Assembly: GCA_039714435.1 (NCBI GenBank)
Contig: JBDLJJ010000001.1
Location: forward strand, 3,717 to 67,716
Length of the DNA stretch: 64,000 nucleotides
Source of the DNA: Gemmatimonadota bacterium
GTDB lineage: Bacteria > Gemmatimonadota > Gemmatimonadetes > Palauibacterales > Palauibacteraceae
Direction: 5' to 3'
Part shown: positions 55,073 through 64,000 of the stretch, in pieces
How positions within the stretch are numbered: the stretch's first letter is position 1
How the letters are laid out: every line of letters begins with the position of its first letter
Translations under genes and position numbers: made by a program
Notes under the pieces: generated by a model
What the model was told of the DNA's origin: nothing
What the model saw: only the letters and a program-made list of their open reading frames with translations
The model's database searches: none

Positions 55073-57027
55073 CTGAGTCCTATTCGTCGCCGCCAGATCC
55101 ACTCCAGACACAGTAGTAGAACAGCCGCCGCCAGCGGCCACCAGGGTCTCTCGCTGGCCCGTGAGGGCGATGCGCCAGCCAGCGGCTGCGAGGCCAGCGT
55201 AAGCGGTTCCTGCCTGTCGCGGGGCAGCAGTTCGGCCAGCGTGGGAATCGCAAACGGCCTCTGAGAAGCCATGGACGAGCCGCGTGTTTTTCCGTCAGCC
55301 CGGTAACTCCAGGCGCCCGGTTCCAGTAAGGGGCCGTCGACGGTGCGCTCTCCTCCGCCCGGCAGGGCCGGGGAAGAGTCCGACCACACGGCCGCGCCGC
55401 TGGAGTCACGGACCGTCAGGGCAAGCTCGGTCACTCCGGCCGCTATGCGCCACCCGATCCGGTCTCTTCCGCCCTCACCTACCTCGAGCAGGGTCACCGG
55501 AGTGCCGGCCTCGTCCTCCAGCAGCCAGCCCATCATGGAGGCGTACAGAGCCCGATACGCCTGCCGGGCCGCCGCTCCGCGCGTAGCCCAGCGCCACATG
55601 CCGGTTCCCGCGATCACGCCGACCCTGCGGTTTCCCGTCTCCAGTATTTGGCCGATCGGCCGGGTCGGGCCGCGGCGATCGCGCTGAGCCACGAGAGGGG
55701 ACCAGCCGTTTCCAGTCTCCAGAGCCAGGAGAGTACTCAGCGGCGGTAAGGCCGACCCGTCGAGTCCCGCCAATAGCGCCGCCACCGGACTTCCGGGAAT
55801 CTGCTCGCCCACGTACCACTCACCGGCCAGGGCTTCGCCGACGGACAACCCAAGCCCCGGGATCTGGCCTGGCTGCCGGGCCAGAAAGAGTACTCGGGTA
55901 TGTGAACGAATGGCGGACTGCAGCCAGCCGGGGACCCGGTTCGGATCCCCCTGCACCACGAGAAGCTTTGCGGCTCGGATATCCGCGCGCACGGCACTCA
56001 GCGGCACGTGCGGACGTGGGCTGGCGGATACTCTGACAAACTCTCCGGTGCCGATCTGCAGATACCCGGTCGCTCCACCCGCGCTGGCCCGGGAGGCTAT
56101 GGGCATGAGTGAACGCAGCTCCCAGTCCGGATCCAGCGAAACGGCAACCACGCCGCTGGCGCGCGGCCAGACTTGAATCCAGGCGCTGGCGCTAAGCGCA
56201 GCGCCATACGGATCCGCGCCCTCCGCCAAGCGAACATCCACGCGCCGCCACTCGGCCGAATCCGCCCGGGACGTGAAGGTCAGCGGCAGGCTGCCTCTTC
56301 CGGTACGGCCGTGGCCCGGAACGGGGATCAGGGCCTGTACGTCAGGCTGGTCGCCATGCGACACGATGACAGGTACTTCAGTGGGTAATTGTTCCCGATC
56401 TCCCGAGGCCGCTATCTCGATTACCGCGATCACGGTGTCGCCGCCCCGAGCACTGGGCGGCAGGGTGATCCCCGCCACTCCTATGCGCGGCGTCGCCTCT
56501 CCCACACGCACCTCGAGCACTCCGAGGCCGCTCTCCGCGGCGAGTCGAGTGGCTTCCTGTAGATCATCAAAACTTCCGTCGGTAACCACGAGCACGCTGT
56601 CCACGCCGCGGCCGCGCGCGGCCGACAGCGCCGGAGCCAGCAATGAGCCGCGGGCCGAGAAGGAGTCAGGGCTCAAAGAGGCGATGTCAGTCCAGGAAGG
56701 GTTGCCGCCGAACAGGAGCACCTGAGCGTCTCCCCTGCCTGACAGCCGAGCCAGCGCTGAGTCGGCGCGAGTCAGCCCACCCGGGCGCAGCGGGAGAAGC
56801 ATGCTGCGAGACTGATCCACCAACCAGACAGTCTCCGCGATCCGGTTGGAGTCTGGCACGACTCCGACGAAAACTGGAGAGCCCAGAACGAGAAAGAGCG
56901 CTGTACCGCGCAGAAGTCCGGCGACTGCACGGCCCCGAACACGCTCTTCCCGCCGGGCGTACCACCAGTAGGTGAGGCCGGAGGCCAGGATCGCCGACAG
57001 AACCAACCATGCGGTGGCGCCCGTCAT
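55069..57027 (-). CDS. BatA-like membrane protein with an N-terminal double-TM domain, a VWA-like region (MIDAS-type DQSRS) and a C-terminal TM anchor.
   Basis: 652 aa with two N-terminal TM helices (AWLVLSAILASGLTYWWY / TALFLVLGSPVFVGVV) and a DxSxS motif in WLVDQSRSM. The C-terminus is ERPWWPLAAAVLLLCLEWIWRRR. Confidence 0.45.
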   Translation of the reverse strand: MTGATAWLVLSAILASGLTYWWYARREERVRGRAVAGLLRGTALFLVLGSPVFVGVVPDSNRIAETVWLVDQSRSMLLPLRPGGLTRADSALARLSGRGDAQVLLFGGNPSWTDIASLSPDSFSARGSLLAPALSAARGRGVDSVLVVTDGSFDDLQEATRLAAESGLGVLEVRVGEATPRIGVAGITLPPSARGGDTVIAVIEIAASGDREQLPTEVPVIVSHGDQPDVQALIPVPGHGRTGRGSLPLTFTSRADSAEWRRVDVRLAEGADPYGAALSASAWIQVWPRASGVVAVSLDPDWELRSLMPIASRASAGGATGYLQIGTGEFVRVSASPRPHVPLSAVRADIRAAKLLVVQGDPNRVPGWLQSAIRSHTRVLFLARQPGQIPGLGLSVGEALAGEWYVGEQIPGSPVAALLAGLDGSALPPLSTLLALETGNGWSPLVAQRDRRGPTRPIGQILETGNRRVGVIAGTGMWRWATRGAAARQAYRALYASMMGWLLEDEAGTPVTLLEVGEGGRDRIGWRIAAGVTELALTVRDSSGAAVWSDSSPALPGGGERTVDGPLLEPGAWSYRADGKTRGSSMASQRPFAIPTLAELLPRDRQEPLTLASQPLAGASPSRASERPWWPLAAAVLLLCLEWIWRRRIGLR

Positions 57028-57051
57028 GCGCGCCGCTCGGTGCTCAGGTGC

Positions 57052-58389
57052 TCAGCGAGCCGGCGAGTTCATCGCCGCGGCTGTACGCTCGATAGCCGGC
57101 TCAGAAGGCGGCTCGGAAGGCGGCGGCGCCACCTGATCCGGAACCGGAATCATGGCCAGCAGCTCCAACGCGGTCTCCCGTACACCGGCAAACGCTGGCA
57201 ACTGTTCTGAATCCAGCGCTTTCGCGGGTGGCAGTTTGACCGTAGCCGGATTCGTTTGACGACCGTTCTGCAGGAATTCGTAGTGAAGGTGAGGCGCGGT
57301 CGCCAGGCCGGTAGCGCCGACTCTCCCTATGATGTCCTCCTGGTCTACGTACTGTCCCACTCGTACACCGATGCGGCTCAGGTGCGCATACCGGGTCACG
57401 ATCCCCCGCGAGTGCGAAAGCTCGACCATCCGCCCGTACCCACCCCAGGTTCCCGCCCTCGTAACGCGCCCGGCAGCCGTCGCCTTAATCCGAGTTCCGG
57501 TCGGCGCTCCGTAATCGGTGCCCAGATGCGGCCTGCGCCGCTTCAGAATCGGATGATACCGGCGACGATTGAAATTACTCGTGACGCGGAACGGCACCGG
57601 ATAGCGCAGGAAGGCACCGCGCAGGGCCTTCCCGTCGGCGTCATAGTACTCCCGCATCTCGGAGCCCCAGACAAATGGGATCGCCGGGAGCGTGTTACCC
57701 CTGTTGATCAGCTCGATCACCATGAAGCGACGTGAACGAAGTGATCCGTCCGGACGTCTCTCTCTCTCGACAGCCACTCGGAACTGGTCACCTTCACGAA
57801 TGTCTCGCGTGAAATCCAACTTCCAGGCGAACACGTCCGCCAGATCATACACGTAGTCCTGAAACTCGCCCGCGGCCAGCTTCTCCACTTCGCCACCCAG
57901 CTTCGCGAACCAGAGACTGGTTTCGATAACGCCGGACAGGAGCAGTGTGTCTGTGGTAACCGGCGTCAGCTCCAGGTCCGCCGTCCAGACCGAGTCCTCC
58001 ACTTCCAGGAGCAATGTGGAATCCGGATTCAGCTTCATGGACATCCGGTGCGGGGGCTCATCCAGCCGTTGCGCGAACTCGACCGAGGCGCCGGGACGCA
58101 GCCGGCGAGGATTCTTGTAGGCGCGCACGACCTCGATCACTTCCAGCGAACCCGAGCCCTCGAACCCGTTGTCGGCCAGGAGCTCCGCCAGGGTCTCACC
58201 GCGCTCCAGTGTGTCGGCGGTCAGGATGGCGGGTGGAGGAGTCGGAACCACGATTCGCCTGGCGACTACGGCCGGGTCGGGCGCCACGACATGCCGCGCG
58301 CCCAGGACGGCACCACCCGTGACCAGCACCGCCCCCAGAGTCCAGGCCGCCCTATTGGCCAACAATGATTTCACCCCTGTCAACCTCAA
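57052..58389 (-). CDS. M23 family (LytM-domain) metallopeptidase.
   Basis: 445 aa with an N-terminal TM/signal. The C-terminal M23 domain has HLGTDYGAPTGTRIKA and HLHYEF. It has a 4-nt overlap with the ftsZ stop. Confidence 0.85.
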   Translation of the reverse strand: MRLTGVKSLLANRAAWTLGAVLVTGGAVLGARHVVAPDPAVVARRIVVPTPPPAILTADTLERGETLAELLADNGFEGSGSLEVIEVVRAYKNPRRLRPGASVEFAQRLDEPPHRMSMKLNPDSTLLLEVEDSVWTADLELTPVTTDTLLLSGVIETSLWFAKLGGEVEKLAAGEFQDYVYDLADVFAWKLDFTRDIREGDQFRVAVERERRPDGSLRSRRFMVIELINRGNTLPAIPFVWGSEMREYYDADGKALRGAFLRYPVPFRVTSNFNRRRYHPILKRRRPHLGTDYGAPTGTRIKATAAGRVTRAGTWGGYGRMVELSHSRGIVTRYAHLSRIGVRVGQYVDQEDIIGRVGATGLATAPHLHYEFLQNGRQTNPATVKLPPAKALDSEQLPAFAGVRETALELLAMIPVPDQVAPPPSEPPSEPAIERTAAAMNSPAR

Positions 58390-59579
58390 TCCATCTGCCG
58401 GCGAATGAATGTCGGAATGTCCAGATCGGCCACCTGCCGCTGACCGGCCAGCCTGCTTCCGATGTCGCTTGCGACGCTCTCTGTCTGGACCGGTGCCATA
58501 GCCACGGTCGCCCCCGCTCTTTCCGGCTGCCCACCTGGTTCCAGCAGATTCAGGCCGTTGCCGAAGTCGGGCTCGGACTCCAGCTGGAACGTCGGACCAG
58601 ACGGCGCGAATTCCTCGCTGTCGGGTCCGAATCCTGTCGCGATCACGGTGACCCGTACCCGGCCTTCCAGCTCTGGTTCATGCACGGCTCCGAAGATCAG
58701 TTCCGCCTCGTCACCTACCGCCTCCTGGACAACCGAATTGATTGTCGTAACCTCGTCAATCGCCAGATCCAGACCGCCGGAGATATTGACCAGAACGCCG
58801 GTCGCGCCGTTGATCGAAATGCTGTCGAGAAGAGGTGAGCATATAGCTTGCTGCGCCGCGTCGAGAGCGCGGCTTTCGCCGGCCGCCTCGCCCGTACCCA
58901 TCAGCGCGGCGCCGCGATTGGACATGACGGTTCGCACATCGGCGAAGTCGACGTTTACCTCACCTGTCACGCTGATCAGATCTGAGATTCCCTGTGTGGC
59001 GTGCAGCAGCACCTCGTCCGCCTTCTTGAGCGCGTCTCTGAATGTCGTCCCCTTTCCAACAACCGACAGTAGTCGTTCGTTGGGTACGACTATCATCGTG
59101 TCCACTCCGGCCCTCAGCTCACGCAGGCCGATCTCAGCGTGCCGCATGCGCTTCTTGCCCTCGAAGTGAAACGGACGGGTGATTATCGCGATGCATAGCG
59201 CCCCGAGCTCTGAAGCGATCTCACCCACAATCGGCGCGGCGCCCGTGCCAGTTCCGCCGCCCATGCCTGCCGTGACGAAAACAAGATCGGCACCTTCGAG
59301 GGCCTGTCTGACCTCTTCGGCGTTCTCCGCCATCGCCTGGCGTCCGACTTCCGGCCGCGCCCCCGCACCCAGGCCCCGAGTGAGCTTCTTGCCTATCTGA
59401 AGTTTCAGATGAGCGTTGCACCGCTTCAGCGCCTGAGCGTCCGTATTGATCGCGACGAACTCGACGCCATCCAGGTTTTCATCGATCATGCGGTTTACGG
59501 CGTTGCCGCCTGCTCCTCCCACTCCCACAACTTTCATTCGGGCGTTTCGGGCAATGCTGTCATCGAATTCGAAAATCAT
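58386..59579 (-). CDS. ftsZ: Cell division GTPase FtsZ.
   Basis: 397 aa with the tubulin signature GGGTGTGAAPIV and N-terminal MKVVGVGGAGGNAVNRM. Confidence 0.95.
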   Translation of the reverse strand: MIFEFDDSIARNARMKVVGVGGAGGNAVNRMIDENLDGVEFVAINTDAQALKRCNAHLKLQIGKKLTRGLGAGARPEVGRQAMAENAEEVRQALEGADLVFVTAGMGGGTGTGAAPIVGEIASELGALCIAIITRPFHFEGKKRMRHAEIGLRELRAGVDTMIVVPNERLLSVVGKGTTFRDALKKADEVLLHATQGISDLISVTGEVNVDFADVRTVMSNRGAALMGTGEAAGESRALDAAQQAICSPLLDSISINGATGVLVNISGGLDLAIDEVTTINSVVQEAVGDEAELIFGAVHEPELEGRVRVTVIATGFGPDSEEFAPSGPTFQLESEPDFGNGLNLLEPGGQPERAGATVAMAPVQTESVASDIGSRLAGQRQVADLDIPTFIRRQMD

Positions 59580-59628
59580 GTTGGGGCTCCCCCGTTAAGG
59601 TGTCGTGGTCGATAAGAGTGTGTTCGGT

Positions 59629-60861
59629 TCAAAAGAAATCGCGCAGCCAATCCGTGACTCGAGCCAGTGTGCGTCCTGCCATTCCAGGCCCCCTCCCCAA
59701 TTCACAGCGCTGGCCGTACAAGGCCAGGCCTACAGCGGTGGCGTATCGAGGGCTGCGGACGGCTTCGACGGGTCCGGTCAGACCGGCGCCCGGCGTACCG
59801 AGCCGGACTGGCATGTTGAACACGTCCTGAGCCAGCTCCAGCGTGCCCTCCAGCATGGCTCCCCCGCCGGTCAGCACCGCCCCGGCGGGCAGGTCATCGA
59901 TCAGTGACCGCTCGTCGAGCTCCTCGTAGACCAGGCCCAGAATCTCGTCCAGGCGCTGCTCGATGATGTGGGCCAAGAGCTCGCGGGAGACTTCCCTGGT
60001 CCTGTCCGGAGTGGGCCCTGGAATCTGCAGTGTCTCGCTCGCATCCACGCTGGCCGTGCGAGCCACTCCGTGCTTGCGCTTCAGGGCCTCCGCTGCCGCG
60101 CTCGACACCCCCAGGCCTTTCACGATGTCGTTCGATACGGTGCCAGAGCCCCAGGGATACGAGGCCAGCAGGCGCAGGCGCTCGTCCTTGAAAACGATGA
60201 CTTCGGTAGCGCCTCCGCCGATCTGGATGAGAGCCACTCCCGCCTGGCGCTCCTGCGCTGTAAGAACGGCCTCGCTGGTAGCCAGCGACCCGAGGACGAG
60301 GCCGTCGGTAACGAGCCCTGCCCGGTCCACGGCCTTCCTGAGATTCTGGCACACGGTGGTCCCTGCCGTGATCACGCACACCTGTGTTTCCAGTCGCGTC
60401 GCGGCCATGCCCACGGGATCCTGGATCCCGCACCGACCGTCTACGCTGAAGTCGACTGGAATGGCGTGAATCAGCTCCTTGTCCGGTGGAATGGCGATAG
60501 CACGCGCCACGTCGTGGACGCTGTCTACGTCTTCTTCGGTTACCTCGGGGTCCGAAACAGCTACTACCCCGTTCGAGCAGCTTACCTCGACATGTGTGCC
60601 CGACAGGCTCGCGTATACGCAGCGGACTTCGAGGCCCGCCATCTCCTCGGCTTCGCGTACCGCCTGCCGAATGGACGCAGTGGCAGCCTCGATATTCGTA
60701 ACAGCCTGGTTTCGAACCCCCTCGGTGGGCACCAGGCCCGCGCCCAGCACCTGAGGCGGTTCGCTGCCGGTATCCCAGGCGCTCGGCACACCCAGTAATA
60801 CGGCCGCCGTCTTCGTCGCTCCGACGTCTACCGCGGCCACGAAGTTGTCTCCCCCGATCAA
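59629..60861 (-). CDS. ftsA: Cell division protein FtsA.
   Basis: It has an actin-like ATPase fold (VAAVDVGATKTAAVL). The start is set at the TTG at 60861, which forms a TTGA overlap with the ftsQ stop and gives about 411 aa. The track's 501-aa version would overlap ftsQ. Confidence 0.9.
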   Translation of the reverse strand: MIGGDNFVAAVDVGATKTAAVLLGVPSAWDTGSEPPQVLGAGLVPTEGVRNQAVTNIEAATASIRQAVREAEEMAGLEVRCVYASLSGTHVEVSCSNGVVAVSDPEVTEEDVDSVHDVARAIAIPPDKELIHAIPVDFSVDGRCGIQDPVGMAATRLETQVCVITAGTTVCQNLRKAVDRAGLVTDGLVLGSLATSEAVLTAQERQAGVALIQIGGGATEVIVFKDERLRLLASYPWGSGTVSNDIVKGLGVSSAAAEALKRKHGVARTASVDASETLQIPGPTPDRTREVSRELLAHIIEQRLDEILGLVYEELDERSLIDDLPAGAVLTGGGAMLEGTLELAQDVFNMPVRLGTPGAGLTGPVEAVRSPRYATAVGLALYGQRCELGRGPGMAGRTLARVTDWLRDFF

Positions 60862-61580
60862 GCTCCCTCCTTCTTCGGCTTTGCCGGACGGACTACTACC
60901 TGTCCAGAGAATCGCGCGTCTGCTTCGAGAACCGGATCCGAACTCGGCCGGCTGCTGAGTGCTGCTTCGATTCGGCGCAGGCCCAGCAGGGGATCCGACA
61001 AGGGAAGAACCATTCGGCCCGCTGGGCTGGCTTCGAGGAGAATGAGCTCGACTCCGTCCCCAGCCGAGGTCAACCTGGCCTCCGAAATCGTACCGAAAAC
61101 GGCTGGCCGCGCCTCGAGCAGTTCCGCCAGGCACCTCACGACCGTTCGGTCAGATCCCGGCTTGGGCACGATCGGCAGATCGAGCATGTGCGTGGCCGGA
61201 TCGATCGCCAGGGGCTGCCCTTCCCCGTCTATCGGAACGAGTCTTGGAGTGGCTGCCACAGCTACTGGAACCACTTCGTCAATTCGGAAGGTCACCCGGC
61301 GCAGCCCGCTCTTGCGGGCACTCGCGGCGACAACCAACGGGTGAGCTTCTACGCGTCTTTCCCAGATCGACGGATCGTCCCAGATCGACGATTCGGATCC
61401 CAGCGCTGCCAGCTCCCTTATCTCATCGGGACTCGTGAAGATCGTGCCTTCCACGGCTATTTCAGCCACCGTGAACAGAGGCAGATGAGACAGCATGGCG
61501 GGTCCCCAGTCGGGTAGGGTGGCGATCAGAAACACCGCGATTCCGGTCAACACGAGCCGGCGTCGATTGACCTTGCTCAC
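60858..61580 (-). CDS. ftsQ: Cell division protein FtsQ/DivIB.
   Basis: 240 aa with an N-terminal TM (LVLTGIAVFLIA) and a POTRA domain (FTVAEIAVEGTIFTSPDEI). Confidence 0.8.
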   Translation of the reverse strand: MSKVNRRRLVLTGIAVFLIATLPDWGPAMLSHLPLFTVAEIAVEGTIFTSPDEIRELAALGSESSIWDDPSIWERRVEAHPLVVAASARKSGLRRVTFRIDEVVPVAVAATPRLVPIDGEGQPLAIDPATHMLDLPIVPKPGSDRTVVRCLAELLEARPAVFGTISEARLTSAGDGVELILLEASPAGRMVLPLSDPLLGLRRIEAALSSRPSSDPVLEADARFSGQVVVRPAKPKKEGA

Positions 61581-62473
61581 GCGGCCACTCCCAGAGAGCT
61601 CAATTCATCCGCTTCGAAGCCCCACAGCTGGATCTCCGGAGCCAACCAGATACCGAGTTGCTCATGGACCCGGCGGCGGCTCTCACGCATCAGCCATATC
61701 ACGTCGTCAGCGGTCGCCCCTCCCTCGTTCACGATGAAATTGGCGTGCTTCGCGCTGACCCTGGCCCCACCGCGGCTGACGCCCCGCATTCCGGCCTGAG
61801 AAAGCACCTCCCAGGCCGATCCGTGCGGAGGGCCAGGATTCTTCCACGTGGAGCCGCAGGAAGGCAGCTCGTAGACCTGGGACTCGACTTTTGACCGGCG
61901 GCGCTCCTGATGCGCGCGCTGTACGCGCTTCAGGTCGCCCTGCGGAGCCGCGAGGCGGGCCGCGACGAATACCCAGTCGGTGGGTACGCCCGTGCCCCGG
62001 TAGACCGGCTTCGCCTCCTGAGGTGTGATGCGCACGCGCTCTCCGCCTGGGGTCACCGCCTCGGCCCAGACGACTCGATCCCATATTCCCTCGGTGGCGG
62101 AACCCGCGTTCATGCGAAGCGCGCCACCAATTGTCCCGGGGACGGCCTCGAGGAAGTCGAACCCGGTCCGGCCTGTGCGCCTGGCCTCTCCCACCGTGCC
62201 CGGGATGCCAGCCGCCGCGCCCACTTCCAGCGCGTCGGGCTCGAGCTGGACGCTGCCGAAGTCCCCTGCCAGCATCAGCACATCGCGCTGCACGCCGCGA
62301 TCTGACACCAGAACGTTGGCGCCCCAGCCGAGCACGAAGTGGCCGTGAGCGGCCGGATCGGCGAGGGCGGCCACGAGCTCAGCCTCGGTCTCCGGGCGGC
62401 CGAAGCGCACGGCCGGTCCACCGATCCGGTAGCGAGTATGGAGCGCCAGGCTCATATCAGTCTCCCACCGCAT
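61577..62473 (-). CDS. murB: UDP-N-acetylenolpyruvoylglucosamine reductase.
   Basis: 298 aa with an FAD-binding domain (GWGANVLVSDRG) and a MurB C-terminal domain. Confidence 0.9.
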   Translation of the reverse strand: MRWETDMSLALHTRYRIGGPAVRFGRPETEAELVAALADPAAHGHFVLGWGANVLVSDRGVQRDVLMLAGDFGSVQLEPDALEVGAAAGIPGTVGEARRTGRTGFDFLEAVPGTIGGALRMNAGSATEGIWDRVVWAEAVTPGGERVRITPQEAKPVYRGTGVPTDWVFVAARLAAPQGDLKRVQRAHQERRRSKVESQVYELPSCGSTWKNPGPPHGSAWEVLSQAGMRGVSRGGARVSAKHANFIVNEGGATADDVIWLMRESRRRVHEQLGIWLAPEIQLWGFEADELSSLGVAA

Positions 62474-63878
62474 GCTGCCCTACCTGTTCTGCGAACTCGT
62501 GTGCGGTGTCAGTGACGTCGCCTGCACCCATGAATACGACTGTCACGCCAGGAGATCCGGCGCTCAGGGCTGCCTGGCAAACGTCCCACAAATCTTCCTG
62601 GATTTCCTGCTTCGTCGCCGCCCGGACATGCTCCTGCGCCGGCTCCGAAATCAGGCGCTCCGTGACCCCCGGGATCGGCTTCTCGCGCGCCGGATAGATC
62701 GGCAGCACGAAGGCGCGGTGTGACGCCGCCAGCGCGGCGGCGAACTCCGCTGCGTGCCGAAGGGTCCGCGTGAACAGGTGTGGCTGAAAAACCGTCACGA
62801 GAGTGTGATCCGGCCACGCGCCCGCGGCGGCGCTCAGGGACGCGGCCACCTCGGTCGGATGGTGCGCGTAGTCGTCGATGACCACTATCCGGCCCGCTTC
62901 CACCAGACGCTCCAGCCGCCTGTCCACCCCCCGGAAGTCGGTCAGCGCGTTCCGGGCTAACCCCAGATCGGCTCCCAGCAGCCGCGCCGCTTCCAGAGCG
63001 GCCGCCGCGTTCTGCGCGTTGTGCAGGCCCGGAGCGGCCAGCTCGAAGTCGAGTAGCGCGCCTTCGGTGTGCAGGCGGCAAACCTGCCGGCCGGCCGCCG
63101 TGCCCACGACCTCGACCCTGGCATCGGCCTCTGGGCTGAATCCATACAGGCGGCTGCGCGAGCTCGTCGCCGCCAGGGACAGGGATCCGGCGTCGTCGGC
63201 GCAGGCCAGAAGACCCAGGCGCGGCTCCGCACGAGCGGCGAACTCCTCGAAGCAGGCGCGCAGCATCTCGGCCGTCTCATACTGCTCCATATGCTCTTCT
63301 TCGACGGAGGTGACGACGGCCAGGTGGGGATCCAATTCGAGAAACGAGCGGTCGTACTCGTCCGCCTCGACCACCCACAGGTCTCCCGCGCCGGGCCTGG
63401 CGTAGGCGTCCCAGCTCCCGACGCGTCCGCCGACCATGGAGCTGGGGTCGAGTCCTGCGGCCTCGCACAGAAGCGACAACATCGCGGTCACCGTCGTCTT
63501 GCCGTGCGTACCCGCCACCGCCGCCAGCCTGCTCCCGTTCGTGAGGGCGCCGAGCGCACGGGCCCGCTTGAGCACGGGCACGCCAGCCTGGCGGGCCGCC
63601 AGCATCTGTGGATGTTCGTCGGGAACGGCGGCACTCCGGACGATCAGAGCGGCCCCGAATACACAGTCCAGGTCGGCCTCGGCTACGAGGCGCACTCCGG
63701 CAAGGTCGGACGAGGCGGCGAGGGAGTTCTTGTCCGCCCCGCTGACCCGGTATCCCTCGTGCCTGAGGAGCCCTGCCAGGCCGCGCATTCCGGCACCGCC
63801 CACACCTATCATGTGGATAGCGCTTCCGGCCGCAGGCAGATCCGAGCGCACCGGCAGACGAGCCTCAGCCACGGTCAT
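62457..63878 (-). CDS. murC: UDP-N-acetylmuramate--L-alanine ligase.
   Basis: It has a Mur ligase N-domain IHMIGVGGAGMRGLAGLL and an ATP-binding GTHGKTTVT motif. The ATG at 63878 (MTVAEARLPV...) is preferred. The track's GTG at 63962 lies inside the murG 3' end. Confidence 0.9.
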   Translation of the reverse strand: MTVAEARLPVRSDLPAAGSAIHMIGVGGAGMRGLAGLLRHEGYRVSGADKNSLAASSDLAGVRLVAEADLDCVFGAALIVRSAAVPDEHPQMLAARQAGVPVLKRARALGALTNGSRLAAVAGTHGKTTVTAMLSLLCEAAGLDPSSMVGGRVGSWDAYARPGAGDLWVVEADEYDRSFLELDPHLAVVTSVEEEHMEQYETAEMLRACFEEFAARAEPRLGLLACADDAGSLSLAATSSRSRLYGFSPEADARVEVVGTAAGRQVCRLHTEGALLDFELAAPGLHNAQNAAAALEAARLLGADLGLARNALTDFRGVDRRLERLVEAGRIVVIDDYAHHPTEVAASLSAAAGAWPDHTLVTVFQPHLFTRTLRHAAEFAAALAASHRAFVLPIYPAREKPIPGVTERLISEPAQEHVRAATKQEIQEDLWDVCQAALSAGSPGVTVVFMGAGDVTDTAHEFAEQVGQHAVGD

Positions 63879-64000
63879 CCGGCCTCCCGCTGACCAGTAG
63901 GGTGGCCAATTCGCCTGCGATTCGATCAGCCGCGTGGGGCCGTCCGCGGGCCCGCATCGCACTGCTCATGGCTTCCAGTTTCGACCCGTCCCGCAGGAGC
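63865..64000 (-). CDS. murG: MurG (UDP-GlcNAc--undecaprenyl-PP-MurNAc-pentapeptide GlcNAc transferase), C-terminal end only.
   Basis: The minus-strand frame reads ...LLRDGSKLEAMSSAMRARGRPHAADRIAGELATLLVSGRPDDRG*, matching the MurG C-terminus. Its stop overlaps the murC start by 14 nt. Confidence 0.65.
   Translation of the reverse strand, partial: LLRDGSKLEAMSSAMRARGRPHAADRIAGELATLLVSGRPDDRG

Noticed and set aside
7246-63962. 5' extensions in the ORF track for miaB (44747), ftsA (61134), murC (63962), asnS (52070), ftsY (55141), yqeK (12893), rlmN (9253), add (34182) and the DUF4878-like lipoprotein (38669).
   Set aside because: The track reports maximal ORFs from the first ATG, GTG or TTG. 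In each case the extension overlaps a neighbouring gene or terminator, or adds a non-conserved N-terminus. An internal start fits the conserved protein N-terminus or gives a 4-nt coupling overlap, so the shorter coordinates were used. The aspS extension of about 35 aa was kept because no nearer canonical start exists.
1-64000. tRNA, rRNA, CRISPR arrays and large repeats.
   Set aside because: There are no T-loop/acceptor signatures, no rRNA-like conserved blocks, and no regularly spaced direct repeats. The only repeats found are the 110-bp rlmN duplication and the short 12-14-mers reported above.

Overview
This is a 64 kb stretch of a high-GC (about 65-68%) bacterial chromosome, most likely an FCB-group organism such as Gemmatimonadota. 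That lineage guess rests on CarboxypepD_reg-type TonB receptors, Big_1 lipoproteins and an S8 peptidase with a sorting-type tail, and is low confidence.

The window is densely coding and mostly housekeeping. Translationally coupled operons with 1-4 nt start/stop overlaps (GTGA/ATGA/TTGA) are pervasive. Many long ORFs in the six-frame track are antisense shadows of real genes, and several track starts are maximal-ORF extensions that I trimmed.

Gene order, left to right:
- A Big_1 Ig-repeat lipoprotein, truncated by the window edge (minus strand).
- The phoH / 7TM-HD(PgpH-like) / ybeY / DUF502 / mgtE operon (minus).
- aspS (minus), then rlmN (plus).
- A ~1.5 kb lower-GC insertion carrying a single class II Fic (AMPylator) gene, flanked by imperfect direct repeats of the rlmN 3' end. 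This is the main accessory feature of the window.
- The panB-panC-yqeK-LytR_C operon (minus).
- An NFACT/RqcH-like gene, a large S8 peptidase, then lexA with a recognisable promoter and a candidate direct-repeat operator.
- truA-htrA and the full purB-purC-purS-purQ-purL-purF cluster, followed by ppdK, a lipoprotein 5'-nucleotidase, adenosine deaminase and a TonB-dependent receptor.
- fbp, comEC, miaB, an alpha/beta hydrolase, an uncharacterised lipoprotein plus outer-membrane beta-barrel pair, cdd, alr, mazG, asnS, recG and ftsY.
- A division/cell-wall block (murG-murC-murB-ftsQ-ftsA-ftsZ) in which ftsZ is immediately followed by an M23 peptidase and a BatA-like VWA membrane protein.

I found no tRNA, rRNA or CRISPR, and no integrase or transposase. 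I see no complete, obviously novel multi-gene defence system. The best candidates for something undescribed are the integrase-less Fic mini-island, the lipoprotein/beta-barrel pair, and the M23+VWA genes embedded in the division cluster.
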